Made by a program: the position numbers and the translations under genes
Shown here: piece after piece, positions 8,962 to 18,643 of the stretch
Layout: every line of letters begins with the position of its first letter
Position numbering within the stretch: position 1 is the stretch's first letter
Notes under the pieces: model-generated
Databases searched by the model: none
Seen by the model: the letters and a program-made list of their open reading frames with translations, nothing else
Told to the model about the DNA's origin: nothing
From: Candidatus Woesearchaeota archaeon
GTDB lineage: Archaea > Nanobdellota > Nanobdellia > SCGC-AAA011-G17 > PNOQ01
Direction: 5' to 3'
DNA: 64,000 bases
Assembly: GCA_043812195.1 (NCBI GenBank)
Contig: JBDRML010000001.1
Location: forward strand, 3,857-67,856

Positions 8962-9783
8962 ATGGTTGATAGGGCACTTATAAACTATATTAAAGACGGT
9001 CTTTCTAAAGGATACTCAAAAGAAGAACTTAAAAAAATTCTTTTAGAAAATGGCTGGTCAATAAAAGAAGCAATGGAAGCACTAAGTATAGTATCAAGGA
9101 TGCCAGTTCAACAAAAAACAGGAACACAAACACAACAACCACAAAGAAAATTAGCAGTAACTAGTCTAACAACTATTGAAAGAGATAGATTAGTCCCATT
9201 TATGAAAGCTGCACTAAACAAAGAAATTGATAGAGAAGACATAAAATTTGCACTAATAAAAAAAGGTTGGCCAGAAGACAAAGTTATGGAAGCATTTAGG
9301 TTAGTAGATATTGAAAAAGAAGAAGCAATGCAAAAACCAGTAGAATACGGACAATATAAACCAGAATCTGGATTTGAATTTGATCCAAAAAGAATTATGT
9401 CTTATATTTTAAGTTTTATCCTTATGACTTTAGTAATAGGTGCAACAGTTTCCCTTTTAATGTATGTAATTGCAATAACAGAATATAAAGTTATTGATCC
9501 AAAAACAGGAAGCCTTGTTAAAGGTGCATGTCTTGAAGAAAAATGTGCAGACATGAAACGTCATGCCTTTATGGAAATTGGTTTACATCCAGATGCTACA
9601 GACAGAGGAAATTTATGGACTGCAATAATAATTGGTGCAGTATCAGCATTAATAATTTTATTAGCATTTATATTCGTATCTTTTAGAACAGCATTATTAT
9701 GGGTTGTAAACTTGTTGTATTTCATGTTTATATGTTATATAGCTTATTTATGGATACGCTTTAATTACATAACATTGGGATAA
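8962..9783 (+). CDS. membrane protein
   Basis: soluble N-terminal region, then 3-4 TM helices. Confidence 0.45.
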   Translation: MVDRALINYIKDGLSKGYSKEELKKILLENGWSIKEAMEALSIVSRMPVQQKTGTQTQQPQRKLAVTSLTTIERDRLVPFMKAALNKEIDREDIKFALIKKGWPEDKVMEAFRLVDIEKEEAMQKPVEYGQYKPESGFEFDPKRIMSYILSFILMTLVIGATVSLLMYVIAITEYKVIDPKTGSLVKGACLEEKCADMKRHAFMEIGLHPDATDRGNLWTAIIIGAVSALIILLAFIFVSFRTALLWVVNLLYFMFICYIAYLWIRFNYITLG

Positions 9784-9823
9784 CAAAAGGCTTTTAAACT
9801 AATTCTTTTCAATTTTTAAGTAT

Positions 9824-9898
9824 GGGCCCATAGCTCAGTTTGGCTAGAGCACTTGGCTCTTAACCAAGGGGTCGCGGGTTCAAATCCCGTTGGGCCCA
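9824..9898 (+). tRNA. tRNA-Lys (anticodon CUU)
   Basis: cloverleaf read by hand: acceptor GGGCCCA/TGGGCCC, D-arm GCTC..GAGC, anticodon stem CTTGG/CCAAG with loop CUCUUAA, T-arm GCGGG-TTCAAAT-CCCGT; no encoded CCA. Confidence 0.85.
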
Positions 9899-9947
9899 TT
9901 CACAATCTTAAGTTAATTTTATATATACTTCAATCATTATTATTTCT

Positions 9948-10673
9948 ATGATCAAAAAAGATGAAAAGAAAGTTATAATTGAATTACAAAACGCCTGCAA
10001 ATATTATTATATGGGGCACAATATTTTAAAAGCAGTCAACGGAGTTTCTTTGAAAATTAGAGAAGGAGAATTTGTTGCAATAATGGGGCCATCTGGTTCA
10101 GGCAAATCTACTATGATGAATTTAATAGGTAGTTTAGATGTTCCAACTAAAGGAAAAATATTTCTTGACGGAGAAGATATTTCCACATTAGATGAATCAG
10201 ATCTAGCTCAAATAAGAGGACAAAAAATAGGATTTATCTTCCAATCATTCAATCTCATAAATAATCTTACTGCAAAAGAAAATGTAATGATTCCTATGAT
10301 TTTTCAAGGATATGATATTGATGAAAGAGGATTTAGAGCAGATGAACTAATAAAATTAGTAGAATTAACACCCTGGGCTGCACATTCTCCAGGAGAACTT
10401 TCTGGAGGTCAGCAACAAAGAGTTGCAATTGCTAGAGCCTTAGCAAATTCCCCAGAAGTTGTGTTAGCAGATGAACCTACTGGAAACTTAGATACAAAAA
10501 CTGGCGAAACTGTTATGGATTTTCTCAATGGATTGAACAAAAAAGGAAAAACTATTGTCATGGTCACTCACGATCCAGATTTAGCTAAAGAATATGCGGA
10601 TATTGTATATTGGTTAAGAGACGGAAAAATCGAAAAAGTAACTAAGAAAACAGTTAAACGGAGAATAAAGTAG
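9948..10673 (+). CDS. ABC transporter ATP-binding protein (MacB/LolD-like)
   Basis: Walker A GPSGSGKST, signature LSGGQQQRVAIARAL, Walker B VVLADEPT. Confidence 0.9.
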   Translation: MIKKDEKKVIIELQNACKYYYMGHNILKAVNGVSLKIREGEFVAIMGPSGSGKSTMMNLIGSLDVPTKGKIFLDGEDISTLDESDLAQIRGQKIGFIFQSFNLINNLTAKENVMIPMIFQGYDIDERGFRADELIKLVELTPWAAHSPGELSGGQQQRVAIARALANSPEVVLADEPTGNLDTKTGETVMDFLNGLNKKGKTIVMVTHDPDLAKEYADIVYWLRDGKIEKVTKKTVKRRIK

Positions 10674-10674
10674 G

Positions 10675-11898
10675 ATGATTAAAGATTTTTTTTATTTAGC
10701 TTTCAAAAATCTCAAAAGCAGAGGAATTAGATCATGGTTAACTTTATTAGGAATATTTATTGGAGTAACCGCAGTTGTCTCTCTAATTTCTTTAGGAAAC
10801 GGTTTACAAATGGCTGTAGCGAGTCAATTTGGCATAAGTGAAAATGAATTGATTACTGTTCAGGCAGGTGGTCTAAGTGGATTCGGCCCTCCAGGAAGCA
10901 CAGTTGTAGATCCTCTAACAAGAGAAGATGCAAACGCAATCGAAAGATTAAGCAGCGTAAAAAACACAGTTCTAAGAAATATTGAGGACGGAATAGTTGA
11001 GTACAATAATTATGTAAATTTCAGGTATGTTGGAACCATACCAGAAAATAAAGAAGATATAAAATTAATCAATGCACAATTAGACGCAGAACCATTACTT
11101 GGCAGACTCCTTAAAGAATCTGATTTAGGAAAAGTGGTCTTAGGTTATAATTTTTATAATAAAAAAGAAGAATGGGGCGACAAAGTAATAGAACCAGGTA
11201 AAGCGATACTAGTCAATAATGAAAAATTTGAAGTCATAGGGATTGTAGAAAAGAAAGGAAGCATAATTATGGACAACGTTGTCCTAATGCTTGAAAGTGA
11301 TGCAGATGATTTATTTGGATTTGGAGATGAAGCTGATGTTATCATTGTAGAACCAAAAAATAAAGAAGAAATAGCAAAAACAAAAGAAGATATTGAAAAA
11401 TTATTAAGACAAAGAAGAGATGTAGATGAAGGTGAAGAAAATTTTGAAGTAAGTACTCCAGAAGCAGCATTAGCTTCTGTAAATAGTATTCTTGATGGTG
11501 TACAAATATTCATAGTAATTATTGCTTCCATCTCAATATTCATAGGAGCAATTGGGATTATCAATACAATGATAACTTCTGTCATGGAAAGAAAAAAAGA
11601 GATAGGAATAACAAAATCAGTAGGTGCAAGAAACGAACATGTCTTCTTACAATTTTTCATAGAATCTAGTTTATTAGGTTTAATCGGCGGTGCAGTTGGA
11701 ATTTTATTTGGTACATTAATCGGATTTGCAGGAATCTATGGAATTAATCTATGGTTAGGCACAGAATTGGGATTAAACATTGATTTTATCTTAATTTTTG
11801 GTTCATTATTTGGTAGTTTTTTAATCGGAGGCATAGCCGGAATAGTTCCTGCAATGCAGGCAGCAAAACAAAATCCAGTGGAGGCTTTAAGAGGATAA
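10675..11898 (+). CDS. ABC transporter permease, FtsX/MacB-like
   Basis: N-terminal TM, large periplasmic domain, C-terminal 3-TM FtsX domain; start overlaps the upstream stop (ATGA). Confidence 0.8.
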   Translation: MIKDFFYLAFKNLKSRGIRSWLTLLGIFIGVTAVVSLISLGNGLQMAVASQFGISENELITVQAGGLSGFGPPGSTVVDPLTREDANAIERLSSVKNTVLRNIEDGIVEYNNYVNFRYVGTIPENKEDIKLINAQLDAEPLLGRLLKESDLGKVVLGYNFYNKKEEWGDKVIEPGKAILVNNEKFEVIGIVEKKGSIIMDNVVLMLESDADDLFGFGDEADVIIVEPKNKEEIAKTKEDIEKLLRQRRDVDEGEENFEVSTPEAALASVNSILDGVQIFIVIIASISIFIGAIGIINTMITSVMERKKEIGITKSVGARNEHVFLQFFIESSLLGLIGGAVGILFGTLIGFAGIYGINLWLGTELGLNIDFILIFGSLFGSFLIGGIAGIVPAMQAAKQNPVEALRG

Positions 11899-13100
11899 TG
11901 TTAAGCGGAGAAAGCGTCAAATATTCATTAAAAAATTTGAAAAAACATAAAGCTAGAAGTTTTTTAACAATATTTTCTATCTTAGTCGGTATAGCAACTA
12001 TTTTTATTTTTGTAAGTTTCGGGCTTGGATTATACAATTATATAGAAGAACTATCTTCCAGCTCGTCAGCAGATAAAGTACTAATAATGCCTAAAACTGC
12101 AGGAGGATTTACTTCTAATGCTGTTACTATGAATGATTCTGATATAAATGCAATTGAACGTACTCCAAGAGTTTACGAAGCTACAGGTATGTATTATGGT
12201 GCTGCATTAGTAAAACAAAATAAAAATCAAAAATATACATTTCTTATTTCATACGATCCCAAAAAAGATATGATTCTAGAGTCTTTTGCTGTTGATGCTA
12301 TTGAAGGAAGAGTACTCAAACCAGGAGATACAAATAAAGCATTACTAGGATATAATTATCTAATTCCAAATAAAATATTTCCCAAAGCATTAAAATTAAA
12401 TGATAATATAGAAGTAAATGGAGAAAATCTTAAGATAATTGGATTTTTAGATGAAATTGGAAATCCCCAAGACGATTCTCAAGTATACATTACAAATGAG
12501 CAATATGAATCAATGAATCCTGATACGAATTCTTATGGTCAAATATTTGCTAGAGTAGATATAAAAGATATAAATAAAGTAGTAGAAGATATAGAAAAAA
12601 GTCTAAGAAGATCAAGAGATTTAGAAAAAGGCAAAGAAGATTTCACAGTACAATCTTTTAATGAGTTAATCGAAGCTTATTCTAGCGCATTAAATATAGT
12701 TATCGGATTCGTGCTTCTAATAGCTCTTATCTCTGTTATAGTTTCCACAGTAAACACTGCAAACACAATGATAACCTCAGTTTTAGAAAGGTACAAAGAA
12801 ATTGGAGTCTTAAAAGCTGTAGGAGCAAGAAACTCAGAGATTTTTAGTATATTCTTATTTGAAAGTGCATTCTTAGGATTTGTAGCAGGAGTTTTAGGAT
12901 GTTTATTAGGTTGGACAATAGCAAGTATTGGAGGTTTAATTCTAAAAAATTTAGGTTGGAGTTTCCTGCAACCTTATATTTCAATTTACTTATTTGCAGG
13001 TTTAATTTTATTTGCTGTAGTCACAGGCGCAATTTCAGGCGCTTTACCAGCAAGAAGAGCTTCAAAAACAAATATCGTAGACGCATTAAGAACAGAATAA
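11898..13100 (+). CDS. ABC transporter permease, FtsX/MacB-like (second copy)
   Basis: same architecture, translationally coupled. Confidence 0.8.
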   Translation: MLSGESVKYSLKNLKKHKARSFLTIFSILVGIATIFIFVSFGLGLYNYIEELSSSSSADKVLIMPKTAGGFTSNAVTMNDSDINAIERTPRVYEATGMYYGAALVKQNKNQKYTFLISYDPKKDMILESFAVDAIEGRVLKPGDTNKALLGYNYLIPNKIFPKALKLNDNIEVNGENLKIIGFLDEIGNPQDDSQVYITNEQYESMNPDTNSYGQIFARVDIKDINKVVEDIEKSLRRSRDLEKGKEDFTVQSFNELIEAYSSALNIVIGFVLLIALISVIVSTVNTANTMITSVLERYKEIGVLKAVGARNSEIFSIFLFESAFLGFVAGVLGCLLGWTIASIGGLILKNLGWSFLQPYISIYLFAGLILFAVVTGAISGALPARRASKTNIVDALRTE

Positions 13101-13125
13101 TTATACAAATATATTAAAAAGATTT

Positions 13126-13428
13126 TTAACGGTATTTAAAACTACATGGCTTGAGAAAATATTTGTGAACATTTTCTAATGATACTCTTTCTATAGCCTC
13201 TAGATTTCCGCTTTGGATTGCTCTATCTAATCTCTTATAGTGTGATTCTTGCGCTCGAGCATTTAGTCTATTTTCTAATTCTCTAACTTTTCTTATGTTT
13301 TCCCAATCAATTTCTGCTAATTGAAGTGTTGGAAATATTGCAGTTAAGGTTAAGTTTACCATAAAAATGGTAGTTTTAAAAGGATATTTAAATCTTTCTA
13401 TTTTGTAGTAATATGGTGGTAGTAACAA
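13126..13428 (-). CDS. hypothetical protein
   Basis: ORF track. Confidence 0.3.
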   Translation of the reverse strand: MLLPPYYYKIERFKYPFKTTIFMVNLTLTAIFPTLQLAEIDWENIRKVRELENRLNARAQESHYKRLDRAIQSGNLEAIERVSLENVHKYFLKPCSFKYR

Positions 13429-13495
13429 GAGAAAGGTTCATAAAGGGATTAATAACAATAATTTTATCATATTTAAGATATGAAAATGAGAAAAA

Positions 13496-13705
13496 ATGAG
13501 TAAAAAAATATATAAATATAAAGAATATCTATATGAGACTTATTATTTACCTATAGAGTTTCGTGAGGATGGATTTTATTTAGGTCATGTTGGTATTGAA
13601 GAAATTGATACAAATAATGGGCCTTTAACCTATCCAGAATTGATAGCTGCTTTGATAGATGAGACTAGACCAAATAACCATGGAACTGAATTAAATTTAG
13701 TTTAA
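13496..13705 (+). CDS. hypothetical protein (possibly frameshifted; coding-like continuation to ~13835 in another frame)
   Basis: ORF track; 13717-13835 translates as ...DLSQAEVEGLEGIIKLKNQTGELVRKINETKDLLSDE with no start codon. Confidence 0.3.
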   Translation: MSKKIYKYKEYLYETYYLPIEFREDGFYLGHVGIEEIDTNNGPLTYPELIAALIDETRPNNHGTELNLV

Positions 13706-13925
13706 AATACAATAGACGCGATTTGTCTCAGGCTGAGGTTGAAGGTTTGGAAGGAATTATAAAACTTAAAAATCAAACAGGGGAATTAGTTCGAAAAATA
13801 AATGAAACTAAAGATTTGTTAAGTGATGAATAAAAACCCACTTTTTATTTTTTTTAAAAGATCCATTAATTTAACAATGCAGAATAGTCAAAAACTTTAT
13901 ATACTGAAAAAATACAAAATCAATT

Positions 13926-14825
13926 ATGAAAGGGGTGATAAAATATCAATTTGTATTAATTTTATTCTTAAGTTTGTTTATGATAAATTTTGTTTCTGCT
14001 GCTAGTGTAAATAAACCATGTGATCTAGATGCATCTTTAGTAAATCAAGACCCTTATCCAGCGATACAAGATGGTTATGTTGAAGTATTATTTCAGATAA
14101 ATGGTGTAAATGATAATTGTTATGGTGGTGTTGTTGCAGAATTAGTTTTAGATTATCCATTCTCATTAGACCTAGGAGATTACACAAGAGCCATCAAATC
14201 AAGCACATATGCAGGATATGGCACTAGTTCTCATTGGAATCTATTATATAAGTTAAGAGTTGATAAAAATGCAATAGAAGGAGATTATGAAGTAGAGCTT
14301 AGATATGGTGAAGGAAGTTATTTAGGTTTAAATGGCTATAAATTAAATAAATTCAACATAACTGTAGAAGACGGAAGAACTGATTTTGAAATTCATATTG
14401 ATAATTACAAAATAAAAGACAAAACTATTACTTTTGAAATCTTAAATACGGGAAATCAAGACATTGAAGCATTAACTTTAGAAATCCCTCAACAACCAAA
14501 TATTGATGTAAAAGGATCAAATAGAAATATAGTGGGAGATTTAGATTCAAATGAATACACCACTGCAGATTTTGAAGCAATCCCTTACGATGGAAATATA
14601 AATATTAAAGTTTTTTATACAGATGTCACTAATGAAAGAAGAGTATTAGAAAAAACAGTGTATTATGATTCAAGTTATTTTTTAGACACAATAGAAAACA
14701 AACCAGCAAGTATGACCACAACTTATACAATTCTTGGAATTATAGTTTTGATAATTGCATTCTTTATTTTCAGAAGATTTAGAAAAAATAGTAAGTCAAA
14801 ACACAGAAAAAAATTCAAAATCTAA
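13926..14825 (+). CDS. secreted/cell-surface protein (signal peptide plus C-terminal TM anchor)
   Basis: hydrophobic N-terminal signal; C-terminal TM followed by basic tail RRFRKNSKSKHRKK. Confidence 0.55.
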   Translation: MKGVIKYQFVLILFLSLFMINFVSAASVNKPCDLDASLVNQDPYPAIQDGYVEVLFQINGVNDNCYGGVVAELVLDYPFSLDLGDYTRAIKSSTYAGYGTSSHWNLLYKLRVDKNAIEGDYEVELRYGEGSYLGLNGYKLNKFNITVEDGRTDFEIHIDNYKIKDKTITFEILNTGNQDIEALTLEIPQQPNIDVKGSNRNIVGDLDSNEYTTADFEAIPYDGNINIKVFYTDVTNERRVLEKTVYYDSSYFLDTIENKPASMTTTYTILGIIVLIIAFFIFRRFRKNSKSKHRKKFKI

Positions 14826-14866
14826 TAACCATTATTCTTATAAACACAACTTGATTACCTTTTAAA

Positions 14867-15484
14867 ATGAAATATTTATTCTTAGATATAGAAACAGTCC
14901 CAATAGAAATAAAGGATGAAACTATCAGAGAATACTTAATGGACAAACAGATTAGCAAAGAGATGAGAGCATTTAATCCAAGCTACTCAAAAATAATTAC
15001 AATTTGTATCAAACCCTTAGGAGAAGAAATTATCACATTAACAGGTAATGAAACAGAAATATTAACCAAAATGTGGCAAATCCTAAGCAACGAAAACCAG
15101 AAAGAAAAAATTACTATAGTAACCCATAATGGATATCAGTTTGATATACCTTTTTTAATTTTAAGATCAATAACCAATGATGTAACAATTTCAATAAATA
15201 TAAACACAAACAAATGGTCAATGGAAAATTCAAACCACTTTGACACAATGCTATTCTTTTCTCAATATGGGACCTTCACAAACACAAGACTAACAATATT
15301 AGGAAAAATGTTTGACATAGAAACCCCTGGAGAAGGTGTATCTGGCGCAGATGTAGAAAGATTATATCACGAAGGAAAAATAGAACTAATAAACAAACAT
15401 TGTAAGGAAGATGTAGAACTGCTAGAAAAAGTATTCTCTAAAAAATGTATCAAACATTTAGAAGCAAGAAGAAGTAGATTATAA
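14867..15484 (+). CDS. RNase H-like 3'-5' exonuclease (PolB-exonuclease-like)
   Basis: Exo I motif YLFLDIETVP; downstream HNGYQFDIPFL. Confidence 0.55.
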   Translation: MKYLFLDIETVPIEIKDETIREYLMDKQISKEMRAFNPSYSKIITICIKPLGEEIITLTGNETEILTKMWQILSNENQKEKITIVTHNGYQFDIPFLILRSITNDVTISININTNKWSMENSNHFDTMLFFSQYGTFTNTRLTILGKMFDIETPGEGVSGADVERLYHEGKIELINKHCKEDVELLEKVFSKKCIKHLEARRSRL

Positions 15485-15494
15485 TAATTTTTCT

Positions 15495-15809
15495 TTACCC
15501 AAGAACATATTCACACTTATTATTTACACATTCACAAGTTCCAGGGATACATTGTCCAGAAACAAACATTTTTCCAAAAATAGTAGTTCTTCCAGTTGAA
15601 TAAGATTCACCAATATTAACACAAGTCCCGCAAGATACCAGCTTACAATCAGAATTCACTGAACAAGAATAATCACAATTTTCAGGGTTCCACCTAGAAC
15701 ATCCAACAGCTTCCTTTATCATTATAACCTCAACAACCACAACATAAACAAATATAGGAAATAAAAGTATCACTAAGAATATCTTAACCCATTTTTTCAT
15801 AATTAACAA
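15495..15809 (-). CDS. secreted Cys-rich small protein
   Basis: signal/TM, then 10 Cys. Confidence 0.45.
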   Translation of the reverse strand: MLIMKKWVKIFLVILLFPIFVYVVVVEVIMIKEAVGCSRWNPENCDYSCSVNSDCKLVSCGTCVNIGESYSTGRTTIFGKMFVSGQCIPGTCECVNNKCEYVLG

Positions 15810-15835
15810 TTAAAAATAAAACTATTTAAATTATT

Positions 15836-16114
15836 CTATAACAATAAGTCTTTTATATGTTCTATATGGTCAGCTACTTTCTCACCAGTCTCTGTTAACT
15901 TAATTGTCTTTATTCTTCCCTTTTTTTCAAAATTAACCAATTTATTTTTCTCCATTTCTTGGATAATCTTAACAGCATGAGAATAAGTACAATCAACTTC
16001 CTTAGCTAATACAGAGCCGTATCTTGTCTTAGGATTGTTTCTTAGTGCTACAAGAATCATAGCGGGTTTTCGTCTGAAAAACACTTCAAATATATCTTTT
16101 TTGTCCACTTCCAT
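15836..16114 (-). CDS. winged-helix transcriptional regulator
   Basis: wHTH core YGSVLAKEVDCTYSHAVKIIQEMEKNKLV. Confidence 0.5.
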   Translation of the reverse strand: MEVDKKDIFEVFFRRKPAMILVALRNNPKTRYGSVLAKEVDCTYSHAVKIIQEMEKNKLVNFEKKGRIKTIKLTETGEKVADHIEHIKDLLL

Positions 16115-16223
16115 TACTCCCTATGAATCAGCCATTATATTTAAAGCTTTATATATTCTACTATATATATTTTCTGTAACTTACTTTTAAATAGCCTCTT
16201 TAAATCAGGATATAACGCAACAT

Positions 16224-16231
16224 TTATATAA
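16224..16231 (+). promoter_or_regulatory. TATA-like box (tttatata) ~22 nt upstream of serS
   Basis: sequence and position. Confidence 0.35.
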
Positions 16232-16252
16232 CTATTTTTTATGTCTTAAATT

Positions 16253-17539
16253 ATGTTAGACATAAAATTCATTAGAGAAAATGCAGATTTAGTAAAGAAA
16301 AATCTTGATAAAAGAAATCAGCCTGAAAAAAAAGAGTTGGTAGATACAATTCTAAAGCATGATAAAAAATGGAGATTCCTAAAATTAAAAGCAGACAAAT
16401 TTAGAAATCAAAGAAATGATTTAACAGCCCAAATCCAAAAATTAAAAACACAAAATAAAGATGCAGATTCTAAAATAAAATTAGCTAAAGAAATTCCAGA
16501 AAAGATAAAGGATACAGAAGCAGAGATGGAAGAATTAAAAAAAGAAATAAAATCCTACATAAATAGAATTCCTAATATCTTACATGAAAATGTCCCAAAA
16601 GGAGATTCAGATAAAGATAACAGACCTTTCAGATTTTATGGAAAACAAACTAAACACGATTTTGAATTAAAACCACACGGAGAATATTTAGAAGAATCTG
16701 ACTTAGCAGACTTTGATCAAGCAGCAAAAGTTGCAGGATCAGGATTCTATTATTTAAAAGGAGACTTAGCATTATTAGATATTGCAATACAAAGATACGG
16801 AATAGACTTCTTATTAAAAAAAGGATTCACATTAATATCACCACCAATCACTCTTAATAAAGCTGCAATAAGCTGCGTAATTAATTTCGAAGATTTCAGA
16901 GATGTTATATATAAAATAGAAGGAGAAGATTTATACATTATTCCAACAGCAGAACACACACTAGTTGTCATGTATAAAAATAAAACTCTAAAAAAAGAAG
17001 ATCTTCCAATTAAAATATGTGCCCTAACACCTTGCTTCAGAAAAGAAATTGGAAGCCATGGAGTAGACACAAGAGGATTATTCAGAGTACATCAATTCTA
17101 TAAAGTAGAACAAGTCGTTTTATCAACAGAAGAAGATTCCTATTCCCATTTAGAAGAGATGCAGAAAATCTCAGAAGACTTCTTTAAATCACTCAAAATC
17201 CCATTTAGAGTAATTGAGATATGTTCAGGAGATTTAGGCCCTAAAATGTCAAAGCAATACGATATAGAAGCATGGTTTCCAAGACAAAATGATTACAAAG
17301 AAGTAACCTCAGCAGGAAATACAACAACATATCAAGCAGCATCACTAGGAGCAAAATATATAGATGGAGAAGAAAAAAAATACATTCACATGCTCAATAA
17401 TACAATGGTCGCCACTTCAAGAACTATAGTTGCTATAATTGAAAATTTCCAGAAAAAAGATGGAACAATCACAATTCCAAAACCATTAAGAAGATACATG
17501 AACGGCAAAAGGAAAATCATGGGGGTTAAAAATGCCTAA
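16253..17539 (+). CDS. serS: seryl-tRNA synthetase
   Basis: N-terminal coiled-coil arm (MLDIKFIRENADLVKKNL...) and class II catalytic core (FRKEIGSHGVDTRGLFRVHQF..., ...GNTT...). Confidence 0.95.
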   Translation: MLDIKFIRENADLVKKNLDKRNQPEKKELVDTILKHDKKWRFLKLKADKFRNQRNDLTAQIQKLKTQNKDADSKIKLAKEIPEKIKDTEAEMEELKKEIKSYINRIPNILHENVPKGDSDKDNRPFRFYGKQTKHDFELKPHGEYLEESDLADFDQAAKVAGSGFYYLKGDLALLDIAIQRYGIDFLLKKGFTLISPPITLNKAAISCVINFEDFRDVIYKIEGEDLYIIPTAEHTLVVMYKNKTLKKEDLPIKICALTPCFRKEIGSHGVDTRGLFRVHQFYKVEQVVLSTEEDSYSHLEEMQKISEDFFKSLKIPFRVIEICSGDLGPKMSKQYDIEAWFPRQNDYKEVTSAGNTTTYQAASLGAKYIDGEEKKYIHMLNNTMVATSRTIVAIIENFQKKDGTITIPKPLRRYMNGKRKIMGVKNA

Positions 17540-17822
17540 AGACGAAGATACAGATGAATTTGAGGTTGTTAGTGGAAAAGAAAAAGATATCTATAATGAA
17601 GATAAAAATGAAGAACTTGAAGAATCAGACGAGATAGATGAAGCAGAAGAAGGATTCATGAAAGGATACAATGAAGATGTAGATTTAAATAAATGCTCAA
17701 ATTGTGACAAACTTTTAGATAACGAAGAAGATTTCTTTGAAAGAGAATTTAAAAATACAACTTACAGATTCTGTTCACAAAGTTGCGCTGATCAATTCGA
17801 ATCAAGACAGAAAAAAATTTAA
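17532..17822 (+). CDS. acidic small protein with C-terminal zinc-binding motif
   Basis: CSNCDKL...FCSQSC; overlaps the serS stop. Confidence 0.45.
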   Translation: MPKDEDTDEFEVVSGKEKDIYNEDKNEELEESDEIDEAEEGFMKGYNEDVDLNKCSNCDKLLDNEEDFFEREFKNTTYRFCSQSCADQFESRQKKI

Positions 17823-18542
17823 TCATTTCTTCCCACGAATATAATCTTCATATTTTTCCCATTTTTTTACAAATTGAAGATAATTTTTATTCCAACGTTT
17901 ATTTTTCTCACTTTTTGAAAAAATAGCATCACCAGTAATACTCCCTTCATGGAATACAAACACCTTCGGTTGAACATAGACTGCATAATTTTTAGAATAT
18001 AATGTATAAAGCATATCTAAATCTTCAGCAGAAGCCTGTTTATAATCTTCACAATAACCACCAACATCTTTCAGCACTTTTCTTGTAAATAAATTAAACT
18101 CACCCCAAACACCCTGTCTCCAACGAGGTATTTTAAAAGGTTTACTAAGACTTTTTATTCTCCCAATTTTAAAGTTATATCTTAATACACTTCCATTAGT
18201 TAAGGGATAAACCATTCCAACATTCTTCTTTTTCTCAAAAACTTCTTTCATAGGCTGAAACCAATTTGGAGGCACAACAGTATCATTATTTGCAATAAGA
18301 ACATATTTTCCTTTAGAAAGTTCTATTCCTTTGTTCCACGCTTTAGAAAGATCAGTGATTTTTTCAAAACGATAATAAACATCTGAATTTTCTTTTAAGT
18401 ACTTTATAGTTTTTTTATCTTTACTACCATTATCAATAATAATTAATTCATAATTCTCTTTAGTATTATCTCTAATACTTGATACAAATCTTTGAGTTCT
18501 AGATAGCTGATCAATAACCACAGCAACGATTGAAAGTTCCAT
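17823..18542 (-). CDS. family 2 glycosyltransferase
   Basis: IIIDNGSKD near the N-terminus, DxD-like EDLD; GT-A fold pattern. Confidence 0.7.
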   Translation of the reverse strand: MELSIVAVVIDQLSRTQRFVSSIRDNTKENYELIIIDNGSKDKKTIKYLKENSDVYYRFEKITDLSKAWNKGIELSKGKYVLIANNDTVVPPNWFQPMKEVFEKKKNVGMVYPLTNGSVLRYNFKIGRIKSLSKPFKIPRWRQGVWGEFNLFTRKVLKDVGGYCEDYKQASAEDLDMLYTLYSKNYAVYVQPKVFVFHEGSITGDAIFSKSEKNKRWNKNYLQFVKKWEKYEDYIRGKK

Positions 18543-18643
18543 AAATTTTATTTAAATTAGCCATATATAAATTTTTACATAGCTCTAAATCCAATTCTCT
18601 TCGACCCAAAGCTTTTTAAAAGCACCTTTAGAGCACTAAGTGC

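Noticed and set aside
13823-14005. 60-aa ORF upstream of or overlapping 13926..14825
   Set aside because: It overlaps the signal-peptide region of the longer ORF and is probably not real.
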